From assembly GCF_018977255.1 (NCBI RefSeq), contig NW_024704742.1:49292001-49356000 (forward strand): a stretch of DNA of 64,000 nt, given 5' to 3'. Below the pieces are notes generated by a model. It saw only the letters and a list, made by a program, of their open reading frames with translations. It did not search any database and was not told the DNA's origin. The translations under genes and the position numbers were made by a program. Each line of letters starts with the position of its first letter. Position 1 is the first letter of the stretch. Of the stretch, positions 36,701-49,790 are shown piece by piece. Source of the DNA: Callorhinchus milii. Lineage: Eukaryota.

Positions 36701-39700
36701 CACACACACGGTATAGAGAGCACACACACGGTATAGAGAGCGCACAAACACAGTATAGAGAGCAGACACAGTATAGAGAGCACAGACACCGTATAGAGAG
36801 CGCACAAACACAGTATAGAGAGCACATACTCGGTATAGAGAGCACATACTCGGTATAGAGAGCACACACACAGTATAGAGAGCACACACACAGTATAGAG
36901 AGCACACACACAGTATAGAGAGCACACACACAGTATAGAGAGCACACACACAGTATAGAGAGCACACACACAGTATAGAGAGCGCACACACACAGTATAG
37001 AGAGCACACACACAGTATAGAGAGCACACACACAGTATAGAGAGCACACACACAGTATAGAGAGCACACACACAGTATAGAGAGCACAACACAGTATAGA
37101 GAGCACACACACAGTATAGAGAGCACACACACAGTATAGAGAGCACACACACAGTATAGAGAGCACACACACAGTATAGAGAGCACACACACAGTATAGA
37201 GAGCACACACACAGTATAGAGAGCACACACACAGTATAGAGAGCACACACACAGTATAGAGAGCACACCACACAGTATAGAGAGCACACACACAGTATAG
37301 AGAGCACACACACAGTATAGAGAGCACACACACAGTATAGAGAGCACACACACAGTATAGAGAGCACACACACAGTATAGAGAGCACACACACAGTATAG
37401 AGAGCACACACACAGTATAGAGAGCACACACACAGTATAGAGAGCACCCACACAGTATAGAGAGCACACACACAGTATAGAGAGCACACACACAGTATAA
37501 AGAGCACACACACAGTATAGAGAGCACACACACAGTATAGAGAGCACAGACACAGTATAGAGAGCACAGACACAGTATAGAGAGCACAGACACAGTATAG
37601 AGAGGACACACACAGTATAGAGAGCACACACACAGTATAGAGAGCACAGACACAATATAGAGAGCACAGACACAGTATAGAGAGCACAGACACAGTATAG
37701 AGAGCACAGACACAGTATAGAGAGCACAGACACACACAGTATAGAGAGCGCACAAACACAGTACAGAGAGCACAGACACAGTACAGAGAGCACACACACA
37801 GTATAGAGAGCACACACACAGTATAGAGAGCACACACACAGTATAGAGAGCACACACACAGTAATATATGACACAGTATAGAGAGCACAGACACAGTATA
37901 GAGAGCACACACACAGTATAGAGAGCACAGACACAGTATAGAGAGCACACACACAGTATAGAGAGCACACACACAGTATAGAGAGCACAGACACGGTATA
38001 GAGAGCACACACACGGTATAGAGAGCACACACACGGTATAGAGAGCACACACACGGTATAGAGAGCACACACACGGTATAGAGAGCACACACACGGTATA
38101 GAGAGCACACACACGGCATAGAGAGCACAGACACAGTATAGAGAGCACACACATACAGTATAGAGAGCACACACACAGTATAGAGAGCACACGCACAGTA
38201 TAGAGAGCACACGCACAGTATAGAGAGCACACGCACAGTATAGAGAGCACACGCACAGTATAGAGAGCACACGCACAGTATAGAGAGCACAGACACACGG
38301 TATAGAGAGCGCACACACACGGTATAGAGAGCGCACACACACGGTATAGAGCGCACACACACGGTATAGAGCGCACACACACGGTATAGAGAGCACAGAC
38401 ACGGTATAGAGAGCACAGACACGGTATAGAGAGCACAGACACGGTATAGAGAGCACACACACGGTATAGAGAGCACACACACGGTATAGAGAGCACACAC
38501 ACGGTATAGAGAGCACACACACGGTATAGAGAGCACACACACGGTATAGAGAGCACACACACGGTATAGAGAGCGCACAAACACGGTATAGAGAGCGCAC
38601 AAACACAGTATAGAGAGCACAGACACAGTACAGAGAGCACAGACACAGTACAGAGAGCACAGACACGGTATAGACACGGTATAGAGAGCGCACAAACACA
38701 GTATAGAGAGCACAGACACAGTATAGAGAGCACAGACACAGTATAGAGAGCACACACAGTATAGAGAGCACACACAGTATAGAGAGCACACACACAGTAT
38801 AGAGAGCACACACACAGTATAGAGAGCACACACACAGTATAGAGAGCACAGACACAGTACAGAGAGCACACACACAGTATAGAGAGCACACACACAGTAT
38901 AGAGAGCACACACACAGTACAGAGAGCACACACACAGTATAGAGAGCACACACACAGTATAGAGAGCACACACACACACAGTATAGAGAGCGCACAAACA
39001 CAGTGTAGAGAGCACAGACACAGTATAGAGAGCACACACACAGTATAGAGAGCACAGACACAGTATAGAGAGCACAGACACAGTATAGAGAGCACACACA
39101 CAGTATAGAGAGCACAGACACAGTACAGAGAGCACACACAGTATAGAGAGCATACACACAGTATAGAGAGCACACACACAGTATAGAGAGCACACACACA
39201 GTATAGAGAGCACACACACAGTATAGAGAGCACAGACACAGTACAGAGAGCACACACACAGTATAGAGAGCACACACACAGTATAGAGAGCACACACACA
39301 GTATAGAGAGCACACACACAGTATAGAGAGCCCACACACAGTATAGAGAGCACACACACAGTATAGAGAGCACAGACACCGTAGAGAGAGCACAGACACA
39401 GTATAGAGAGCACAGACACAGTATAGAGAGCACACACACACACAGTATAGAGAGCGCACAAACACAGTGTAGAGAGCACACACACAGTATAGAGAGCACA
39501 CACACAGTATAGAGAGCACACACACAGTATAGAGAGCACAGACACAGTATAGAGAGCACAGACACAGTATAGAGAGCACACACACAGTATAGAGAGCACA
39601 CACACACACAGTATAGAGAGCGCACAAACACAGTGGAGAGAGCACAGACACAGTATAGAGAGCACACACACAGTATAGAGAGCACAGACACAGTATAGAG

Positions 39701-40240
39701 AGCACACACACAGTATAGAGAGCACAGGCACAGTATAGAGAGCACAGGCACAGTATAGAGAGCACACACACAGTATAGAGAGCACAGGCACAGTATAGAG
39801 AGCACACACACAGTATAGAGAGCACAGACACAGTATAGAGAGCACACACACAGTATAGAGAGCACACACACAGTATAGAGAGCACAGACACAGTATAGAG
39901 AGCACACACACAGTATAGAGAGCACACACACAGTATAGAGAGCACACACACAGTATAGAGAGCACACACACAGTATAGAGAGCACACACACAGTATAGAG
40001 AGCACACACACAGTATAGAGAGCACACACACAGTATAGAGCACAGACACAGTATAGAGAGCACACACACAGTATAGAGAGCACACACACAGTATAGAGAG
40101 CACACACACAGTATAGAGAGCACACACACAGTATAGAGAGCACACACACAGTATAGAGAGCACAGACACAGTATAGAGAGCACACACACAGTATAGAGAG
40201 CACAGACACACACACACACACAGTTATATATGACACACAC
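33757..40240. repeat. ~6.4 kb minisatellite, 20-bp unit GTATAGAGAGCACACACACA with variants (roughly 320 units)
   Basis: Directly visible tandem array with variant units (CACAGACAC, CACGCACA, CGCACAAACA, CACATACTCG) and CpG-rich (GCGC) units at the left end. Confidence 0.99.
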
Positions 40241-40253
40241 ACTGTCGTCTTAC

Positions 40254-40302
40254 CTTCCACTCGGGAGCGGAGCTGTGACATGGCTCTGTGTCCCCGAGGC
40301 AT
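40254..40302 (-). CDS. ATP8A1: ATP8A1 coding exon 1 (MPRGHRAMSQLRSRVE-G)
   Basis: ATG at 40302, 49 coding nt, then donor GAAG|gtaaga (phase 1). The peptide aligns by eye with the vertebrate ATP8A1 N-terminus MPTMRRTVSEIRSRAEG and joins in phase to exon 2. Confidence 0.88.
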
Positions 40303-40664
40303 AGCTTTGGCTGTGAGCCTCTCCCCCTGACACTGAATTACACTGAGAACTGCGGGGGGAGAGGGGGGGAGAGGGGAGAGGGGAGGGGGGGCTCACACCC
40401 CGGGGGGAGGCAATGAGAGAGAGAGAGGGGTGAGAGGGGGGAAAGAGGAGGAAAAGGGAGAGAGGAAATGAAGAGACAGAGAATGAGATAAACAGGAAAT
40501 AAAGTGAGAGGTTTGAAAATGGTGAAATGAAAATAAATGCAGCAAAATGGTGAGTGAGAAATACAAGAGATTATATATATATATATACTGTAGAGACACA
40601 GTGCATATATGGAGAGAGAGGGAGAGGAGAGGAGGGAACAGCTGCAGCTCTGAGCTTCACTCCC

Positions 40665-41310
40665 TCTCTGCTCACTGTCTGTCTGAGGCTCTGCTCACTG
40701 TGTGTCTGAGGCTCTGCTCACTGTCTGTCTGTCTGTCTGAGGCTCTGCTCTCTGTCTGTCTGTCTGTCTGAGGCTCTGCTCACTGTCTGTCTGAGGCTCT
40801 GCTCTCTGTCTGTCTGTGTGTCTGAGGCTCTGCTCACTGTCTGTCTGTCTGTCTGAGGCTCTGCTCTCTGTCTGTCTGTCTGTCTGTGTGTCTGAGGCTC
40901 TGCTCTCTGTCTGTCTGTGTGTCTGAGGCTCTGCTCACTGTCTGTCTGTCTGAGGCTCTGCTCACTGTCTGTCTGTCTGTCTGTCTGAGGCTCTGCTCAC
41001 TGTCTGTCTGTCTGTCTGTGTGTCTGAGGCTCTGCTCACTGTCTGTCTGTCTGTCTGTCTGTCTGAGGCTCTGCTCTCTGTCTGTCTGTCTGTCTGTCTG
41101 AGGCTCTGCTCACTGTCTGTCTGTCTGAGGCTCTGCTCACTGTCTGTGTGTCTGAGGCTCTGCTCACTGTCTGTCTGTCTGTCTGTCTGAGGCTCTGCTC
41201 TCTGTCTGTCTGTCTGTCTGAGGCTCTGCTCACTGTCTGTCTGTCTGTCTGTCTGTCTGAGGCTCTGCTCACTGTCTGTCTGTCTGTCTGTCTGAGGCTC
41301 TGCTCACTGT
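40665..41310. repeat. Compound tandem repeat GAGGCTCTGCTC(A/T)CT(GTCT)n, about 20 units
   Basis: Directly visible, with a variable number of GTCT tetramers per unit. Lies ~360 bp upstream of the ATP8A1 ATG. Confidence 0.97.
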
Positions 41311-41485
41311 CAGAAGTGTTGCTGCTGGTGTCGCATTGAGAGGAAATGCAGTCACTCCCCTCTTCCTCTTATTGTGATAATGAAGAGCAGCAGTCAGGCC
41401 AAAGCTAACATTTTTGTTGTTGACAAGAAACCAGACCTTTATCCCCACCCCCACCCCCATCTGCACAGCAACGTCAATGGTGAGG

Positions 41486-41489
<4 letters not shown>

Positions 41490-41521
<32 letters not shown>
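41490..41521. repeat. (GT)n microsatellite
   Basis: Directly visible. Confidence 0.95.
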
Positions 41522-41523
<2 letters not shown>

Positions 41524-42272
41524 GGGGGGGAATGCCTTCACCAGACATCCATCTATCTCTCTCACCCACAAAATACACAGTAAATCCTGTGAAGCGCTTT
41601 GAGGTGTCTTGACGACCGGATAAGGCGCTATATCATATGCCCGGTTTATTATTGTTACTCGTATCGTCAAAGAGAGAAAGTGACACGAACATGAATATTT
41701 CATTTCAATTCACAAAACAGATCAAGTGCACTGCTCATTCCGTGGGCAACCTGTTTCCCTGCCTGCACTAAGGAGGAGCTCTTTGCTCCCGACTGCAAAA
41801 AATGCAATAGCCACAATGAGATTATTAATTATTGAAAATAAGCGCACCCCCCCCCCCCCCCCACGGTATTGTTTATAAGAGCTGCTCGATCGCTGGTTGC
41901 ATAAGTGGTGGGAAGCGAGGACTTGCACATTCCTGAAAATGTGCTGTTTAAATTTACAAGTTACCGTGGGTTGTTGCTCGAAATGCTTTGGGGTTATTTG
42001 CCAAGTAAATCTTTCCAAATAATCCCCCCCCCCCCCAAAAAAAAAATCATCAATGTTTTGCATTGCCTTCACATTGAGAACTATTCATCCTTGCATTTTG
42101 TATTGTGCCTTTTATGCCGACGGGACGTCTCAGGGTTCATAGGATATATTGTATTGTGGAGTGACTGTGTGTTTTGTAGGCGAACTCTCAGAGCACTTTA
42201 TAGTGATGTGGACAGATGCTAAGTAAGGGGGAGTGGAGAAAGAGGAGGTGACCATAGGAGCGGTGGAAGTAG

Positions 42273-42648
42273 TAATAACAATAACAATATAATAATCCTT
42301 GCATTTGATATAGCACCTTATCACATCTTCGAGATGTCTCAAAGAGCTTCACAGAATATACTGTGAAGTGAATTGACTGTATTTTGTGGGCGAAATGTAG
42401 CAGCCAATTGCGCACAACAGTGCTCCACAAACAGTAGTGGATTGAATGACCAAATTATTATTTTTTTTTCAAGGATTATTATCCCCAGAAAAACTATCTG
42501 CCAATCGACCAACAACCGGGTTCCTACTTACTGCTAGGTAAACAGTGGCCCGTGGAGTTACGAAACATGCCCAATGTTTCGCAGGAATCGAACTCAAGGT
42601 CATCTCGTTTGCTAGACGAGTGCTCTAACCACTAAGCTACAGGACTCC
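42273..42648 (-). mobile_element. tRNA-SINE, full length
   Basis: Reverse-complement head (...CCACTAAGCTACAGGACTCC) through the (TTA)n tail. Confidence 0.92.
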
Positions 42649-42699
42649 AATAATAATAACTATTGCATTTGGTATAATGCCTTTTCACTTTGGAAGGGT

Positions 42700-43910
42700 G
42701 TGTGTAGAAAAATAAATCATGCCAGAGAACTGGAGGGTGTCATATGTAATATCTATGTAATATATCTATTTTTAAAAAAAGGAGCTAGAGCTAATCCAGA
42801 AAACTACAGTTTAACAGCTGTGGTTGGTAAACTATTGGAATCTATAACAGCGGATGAAATAACTAAGCATCTCGAGGAGCGTACTATATAATTACAATAA
42901 TAATAATAATAATCCTTGCCTTTGATATAGCGCTTTTCACATCCTCTAGATGTCTAAAAGCGCTTCACAGAATATACTGTAAAGTGAATTAACTGTATAT
43001 TTGTGGGCAAAATGCGGCAGCCAAATTGTATACAGCAATGTCCCACAAACCATCATCGAACCCAGGTCTCTCGCTTGAGAGGCAAGTGCTCTAACCACTG
43101 AGCTACAGGACTTGACAACAAATAGTCAGAATGGATTTATGAAAGGAAGGTCACCAATCTTTCTCGGGATTCTAGTGATCATTAAGTTGGACAGTTCCTA
43201 TTATCTCAGGATACAGTATATAGCTTGGGAAACGACATGTCAAGCAACTGCCAAGATGGTGGAAGGCAAACTAGATAGACCTTGGTCTTGTTTCACCTAG
43301 TAAATTCTTATGTTCTTATGATTCAGATTCACAAGACTAAAGGAGCAGCACTGGTGGACAAGGCTATAAAATAGTCACTACACTTCACATTGAATCATGT
43401 GAAGCATATTTGAGACGTCCTCCTGAAGTGAAAGGCACTATATCACATGTAAATATTATTTTATTAGTAGTATTAGTATTATTAGGCTTTTTTTAGATTA
43501 AAGCGTTTCTCTCTCTCAAAATGAGACGATTGACAAGGGACCTGATAGAGTTGATTAAAATTATAAAAGGAGTCATTAAGGTGGACATACATAGTCTGTT
43601 TCCATTTTTTTGTGAGTCCAGAACAGGGGGGCATAAATAGAACATAGCACAAGAAATCGAAATGGGAATTTAGGAGGAACTTTCCCCAGCGGGAGGCGTA
43701 GATGTGGAAACATTGCCGGAAGCTGTAGTTAAAGCAGAGAGCATAATGTATGTTAAGAGGAAACTTGATAAATACATGAGGAAGAAGGGTATTGAGGGGT
43801 ATGAGAGAAAGATTAGGTGGGGTAGAGGCTCATGTGGAGTATAAATACCAACACCAGTCTAGTTGAGCTTAATAGTTTGTTACGAAGCTGTACAGTTTAT
43901 GTAGTTCTGT
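42700..43910 (+). mobile_element. Fragmented CR1-clade LINE with nested SINEs
   Basis: IYLFLKKGARANPENY.LTAVVGKLLESI...SQNGFMKGRS, RGDLIE..KIIKG, SRTGGH, and a CR1-type 3' UTR. Confidence 0.8.
42897..43112 (-). mobile_element. tRNA-SINE (internally deleted) inserted into a CR1 fragment
   Basis: The head and tail are recognisable, and the flanks read as a continuous CR1 RT peptide KHLEE..|..NSQNGFMKGRS. Confidence 0.88.
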
Positions 43911-44664
43911 GTAAAATCTTATTATTATATTGTGTCTATTTTTTGGACTAACACACAACCACAGTGCGTACCCAAAAATCACTGAATATCCCATTGCAGT
44001 ACTGCGTCCCGTTTACTTATGTTTTCTCCACCAACAACTGTTGGTATCCTACAATCTTGTTTGAGTTCTTGATGCTGTTGCATAACCGCGTTGAAGGTTT
44101 CAAAGAGCTGTCAACTAGCTCTTCTCCTGGGTCATATCCTGTAAGCATATGGCATTTATATTCTATTCCTGACCTTAATCTCTTGTCCTAGTTCCATCAT
44201 ATTACATTTGTTAACATTAAACATCTACCACTTTTCAACGCAATTTGCTTCCAGGCCTGATATTTGATGCTTGTACCTGCATTGCAAAAACAAAGCCTCT
44301 TCTATATTTTTCTAGTCCTTTGTAACTTTAAAAAAAACATTAGAAGAGAATGCTCCATTGCTGACAATACAAGGCCAAGAGCAATTATACTTGGCTCCGT
44401 TGGTAAATCTCTCCACCAGAGTACGATAGCCTAGCACTGACCTGCAAAGCCATTTAAACAGAATAAATGAGTCGCATTTTAAGAAAAAAGGTACTTATAG
44501 TGATATATTTGCGGTTCTTTTTTTAAATCAAATCCACGACTGTTTTTGGGACACTACTGTGTCTCAGTGGTGTCCCTACACAAAGTTATTCAGCCGCTCG
44601 AGCATGTTCTGCCATTTTTAAGATCATGGCTGATCTGAACCTCAAGTCCAGTTACAAGATGGAG

Positions 44665-45770
44665 CTCTCCTGATTCGCTCCCTTTAGCGCTTCTACACCT
44701 CAGGCGCTGACAGCATCACCATCCATGGATGCTCACTGCACCGTATTAAGCCAGTATGGAACCTGTGAAGTCCTGTAGTTCAGTGATTAGAGCACTCGCC
44801 TCGTAAGCGAGAGACCTGGATTCGATTCCCAGCAGGACGAAACCTTGGAGTAAGTTTCCTTACTCCACACACCTGATAAACATCCCTCAAGAAAAAAAAA
44901 CAATAATAAAAAAATTGGTCACTTCAATCCACGACTGTTTGTGGGACACTGCTGTGCGCAATTGGCTGCCGGGTTTCACCCACAAATATACAGTCAATTC
45001 ACTTTACAGTATATTTTGTGAAGCACTTTGAAACTTCTAGAAGACGTGAAAAGCACTATACCAAACAGAAGGATTATTATTATTGTTTGACTCTCAACTG
45101 TACTTTCTAACTCACATCCTTGCCATGACTCCGCTCTGCCTTCCCCCACCTCCGCAACATCGCCTGGCTCCGCCACTGTCTCACACTGCAGCCCGCCAAA
45201 ACCCTCATATACAAATTCATAACCACCAGGCTTGACTACGCAAACTCATTGCTTGTCGGCCACCCCAAGTCCTCCCTCCATAGGCTGCAGATCATCCAGA
45301 ACTCTGCAGCCCATGTCCTCTTCCGCACCAGGCTCCGCAACCCTATCACCCCCATCCTGGCCCAACTCCACTGGCTTCCCATCACATAGAGGATACAGTT
45401 CAAGATCCTGGTCCTCATCAAAGCCCTCCACGGCCTTGCTCCCCTCCTACCTCAGTGACCTCCTAACCTCCTACCAACCTGGCCGCTCCCTCGACTCAGT
45501 GGCCTGCTGCATGCCCCCCACCTTGCCTGCTCCACTCTGCCTCCACCCTCTGGAACTCCATCCCGCAGTCCCTCCTCCTTGCCCCTTCCCTTGCCTCCTT
45601 CAAGACCATCTCAAGACCCTCCTCTTTGACCGCGCCTTCGCTCACCCTCCTCCCCCCCCCCCCGCCCTCCACCCTCCCCGATCTCGACATCCAGCTCAGG
45701 TCCGAAACACTGATTGTCCAGCGCCTTGGGACGTCCATCCGACATGAAAGGTGCTTTACAAATGTAATTT
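44665..45770 (+). mobile_element. L2-clade LINE fragment containing a nested SINE
   Basis: L2 RT C-terminal sequence and 3' tail on both sides of the SINE at 44767-45084. Confidence 0.88.
44767..45084 (+). mobile_element. tRNA-SINE, full length, inserted into an L2 fragment
   Basis: A and B boxes (TAGTTCAGTG, GGATTCGATTCC) plus tail. L2 sequence resumes after the tail (TTGTTTGACTCTCAACT). Confidence 0.92.
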
Positions 45771-46249
45771 TTTTGGTGTTGGTGTTACCCTCCCTTGCCC
45801 CATATCTCTTAATACCCTGATCTAACAAATATTTATCTACCTCCATCTTGAATTGAGGGTGGAAGCAGAGAGACAGAGTTTCATGTTATCTTCACAAGTC
45901 TAGAAGTTAACCTCAGGTCTGCGGGTCACACAGCCGAGTGGGCATGTTTAGATAGTGACGAGGAGGGGATCAAGGATAGAGCTCTGAGGAACCTTGCATG
46001 TGACTGTGTTGGGAGAGGAAGAGAAGTCATTACCACGGCCTTGTTTAGAAGGTGTTAAAGAACTAATAACACTGTGCAAATTGAGAAGGAAAGTTCTTTT
46101 GGAATCTTGATCAACAAGCTCCTTGACAAATTGGTCATTCACTTCATGGCTGTTTGTTGGGGACATTGCTGTGTGAAGTACTTTGAAAAGTCCTCTCGAT
46201 GTGGAAGGCGTTATATAAATGTAANTTTTTTTTGTTGGTGAGAAGAACG

Positions 46250-46636
46250 TTGTGTTGGTAGCGCTCTCGCTTCTGAGCCAGAAGCTTGTGGTCTCAAGCC
46301 TCACTGCCAGATTTGGAACTCGTATAGTCTAACCTGATCCTTGGTGCAGTGCTGGAGCGGTTCTGCATTTTTGGAGGTCCCGTCCTTCAGATGAGATGTT
46401 AAACCGAGGTCCAGTCTACCTGTTCAGGTGGATATTGAAGACTCCATGGCACGGTACAAAAGAGAGAAGTTTCTTCCAGTGTCCTGGCCAACAATTCGCC
46501 CAAATAAAATTGGTCACTCACTTCACAGCTATTATGGAACATTGCTGTGCACAAATTTTCACAACTAAATCCTGTGAAGTGCTTTGAGGCGTCCTCTTGG
46601 CATGAAAGGCGCTAAGTCAAATATAAGGATTAAATA
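46250..46636 (+). mobile_element. Deu-domain SINE
   Basis: Core CAGATGAGATGTTAAACCGAGGTCC...CAGGTGGATATTGAAGACTCCATGGCAC with head and tail. Confidence 0.8.
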
Positions 46637-47718
46637 TTTAAGAGAGATTTTCCTGTGTCCTGACCAGATAAAATTGGTCAATCATTTCATGGGACAACGT
46701 GTTACAAGTATTATTCTTTCTATACTGATGTATGAAACAATATACATGTACATAGAAGATGCCCTAGATTTTGTGCCTATTTCAGTTGAGTCCTCTTATT
46801 GGTTGGTCTTTCAACTTTCCTTTGCCAGCCATATAGTTCACACTGATTATTTGTAAACATGATTAAAATATTCACAGCTTTTTCCATTTGTTTATTGACT
46901 ACATTTCTCTTGGACTCAGCACAATGGCTCTCTCTGTAAATGTATTGCCCAAGTACTCCCTCAGACAAGCAAAGCATCGTTTGTGTTTCCAGTGCAATAT
47001 GTAAGGCACACAAATACTGCTCTTGTGATACTGTCATTTAAAAGAGATAATTATTACATTCTGACTGAACTAATTATTTATGTGGGACTATCAGTCAGTC
47101 TACTTGAGCTGTACTTATGAAATACAAACAAAAAACAAAAAAGTAAGTACAACAATGAAAATGACTTGTAGATTTGATTCCTGATAAACCATTGTTCCTT
47201 GTACAGTTGAATCCTAATAAAACTAGAGTCAGTTTGCTGAGATAGAAATCCTGATCTGATTACAGCCTATTAACTCGAGTTTACAAAATAACCGATTTGC
47301 AAATCTTTGAACAAAAATAACCAAACCCATATAACAGGAACCTATTTCACATGAGCGTGATGAATGTGAAGTGTAATGCTGTCGCTAGATAGAATCTCAT
47401 GCGATCTAGATCAAGTGATCACCACATACTGACCACAAGACAACAATAGCCTCTTTGGATCCATTGATTTTCAGTCTCTAGTTCCTTTTCCACAATGTTA
47501 GCATCATAGTGCATTCAAAACCTCTACTAAGATGCAATACAATACAAATAACATTTATTTAGCATCTTTCAAGTACTACACATATACGGCAACACCTACT
47601 ATAAAAAGGTCAATCATTTTAATGATATCAATTAGATGAAGATTTCAATTTTATAAACGGATTCAAATTAAGTCAATTTAGATACATTCAACCTCCATTT
47701 AGCAGAGTGGCTAAAGAC

Positions 47719-47915
47719 CCGCGCGCCAATGGTGGGGCAAGCAAGGCGGGGGACTTGAAGCAGGCCGGAGCCCACTGAGTGGAGAGAACGGGCAGATTGA
47801 TAGGGGGTTAGAAGGTCACAGAGATAGGGGGAGCAAGTCCATGGAGGGCTTTGAAGGTGGGGACCAGGGTCTTGAACTGTATCCTCTATGTGATGGGAAG
47901 CCAGTAGAGTCGGGT
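47719..47915 (-). mobile_element. L2-clade LINE fragment
   Basis: Reverse complement of the WLPITXRIQFK..FKALHGLAP region. Confidence 0.8.
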
Positions 47916-48704
47916 TCCTGATTTTTAAGTAAAAAATACTTGTGTCTCCAATAAAATCATCTCACAACCGAGATTAGACTTCTCTTTACTAAACTGAAAG
48001 TTACCTTCACAAGTATACATCATATGAAAAAGCTTAATTTTGTAGAAAAAGTGTACAACACAACCACCGACCACTTAAAGTTTACAAGCTCTGACCGCTG
48101 AACAAATTTTAACAGAAGTCAGTAATGGGGATTAACCTACCGAGCAGAATAATTTATATTTAGAAAAGGATCATGAAGATTATAAAGCATTATGTTGGAA
48201 AATCGGTAAACTGCAAGGTAGATCCTTGGTCTAGTAATGTTAGAAGACCAAAACCAAATCATTTCTTGGGAATTCAGCTCTGATCCTGGATAATACATTA
48301 AATTACACATTTTATGTGAGCTGTAATGTGAACTCTACACATTTTGTGGACAAAATATAGAGTGGTGCAGCTTTCTTTCAGTTCTATAATTATAGAATGC
48401 TACAACAAAGAAATAGGCCATTTGACCTATTATTTAGTCCATTTTTTCTCCAACAGCAACAACTTGTAATTTTATAGCACCCTTCATACAGGGTAGCATC
48501 CCAGAGTGCTTAGACATGAGGTACTCCTGCTTATCCTGATTGCCTTTACTATTCCTCATCTTCAGGAATCTATCTAATTCCCTTATAAAAGCACTTATGC
48601 CCTCTCTCAACTACAATTAGTGGCAGAGAATCTCAAATTCCAGCCATCCTCTGTACAAAGTATTGTTGAAACCTCCTCTTTAACTCCTTTTGTTATTTCC
48701 ATTT

Positions 48705-49790
48705 GTGATCAGGATTCTTTCTGCCTCTTTGTTCTCCTCGATCTCTCTGCCACTTTCAACATTGCCGACCACTCTATCCTTCTCCTCCACCTTTATGACT
48801 CTGTCCTATCCTACCTACCCCAGTCTCTTCTACGTGTAGCATTTCTCATCACTCTATCCTTGATCCTCCCTTCTTCACAATCACTCGGTGATGTCATCCG
48901 GGGACATGGGTTAACTTCCACATATAAATGTAATATCCAACTCTATCTCTATGCCTCCAACTTCGATTCCAGGACCACTGCTGTCCTGACTGATTATCTC
49001 TCAGACATCAAGTCCTAGAGGAGGCTTAACTCTCTTCAGTTGACAAGACATTAGCTCCCGTCAGTGTCTTCTCACCACAGGCACTGACAGCATCAAAGTA
49101 CACAGATGTACAGCGTAGCCAGTTCAGAACCCCAGTGTCTTCTTTGATTCCCAAATGTTCTTTAAACTCCACATACCCCACTTCCATAACACTGCCCACC
49201 TCCACTACTACCGCTCCCCTTGGGCTGCCAAGCTCCTCATCCATGCATTTATCACGGGCAGCCTTTACCCCAACATGTGATTAACCAGACTCCCCAGCTC
49301 TTCCCCACTACACAAACTGCAGACTTTCGAGAACTCTGTAGCCTATGTCTTCTCCCACCCCCATCCTTGCTTGGCTCCATTAGCTCTCTATCCCCAACAG
49401 ATCGAGTTCGAGATTGTCATTCTCACCTTTAAACACTTCCATGTTCTCACCCTGCCATTACTCTGTGAGCAACTCAAACCAACCCAGCCTTCGCTCAGCG
49501 AGCACTAGCCTGTTTTATGTCCTCTGCCCTATCTGCTCCACTGTCAGCAGGCAAGCTTTCAGCTTTTCTGCCCCCACTCTGTGAAACTCCATCATGGAAG
49601 GAATCCCTCCAACTCCCTCCCTCACCTTGTTCAAGGTCTGTCTCAAGACCTACCTCTTCGACCACGCTTTCAGTTATCGTTTCCCTCCCTCCCCTCCGAC
49701 TCCCACCTTCAGCTTGGGTGCCAAGCCAGGACTGTTAAACCCTATGGGATGTCCTCCCGACGTGAAAGATGCTGTACCAATGTAGATTTA
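48705..49790 (+). mobile_element. Old L2-clade LINE fragment
   Basis: LLDLSATFNIADHSILL...DSRTTAVLTDYLSDIKS, then 3' tail. Confidence 0.85.

Noticed and set aside
33594..40240. 2207-aa and 2196-aa minus-strand ORFs as protein-coding genes
   Set aside because: They are translations of a stop-free 20-bp minisatellite lying in ATP8A1 intron 1, with all frames open and no domain content.
33757..41310. CRISPR-like array interpretation of the two tandem repeats
   Set aside because: There are no unique spacers and no cas genes, and the context is eukaryotic.
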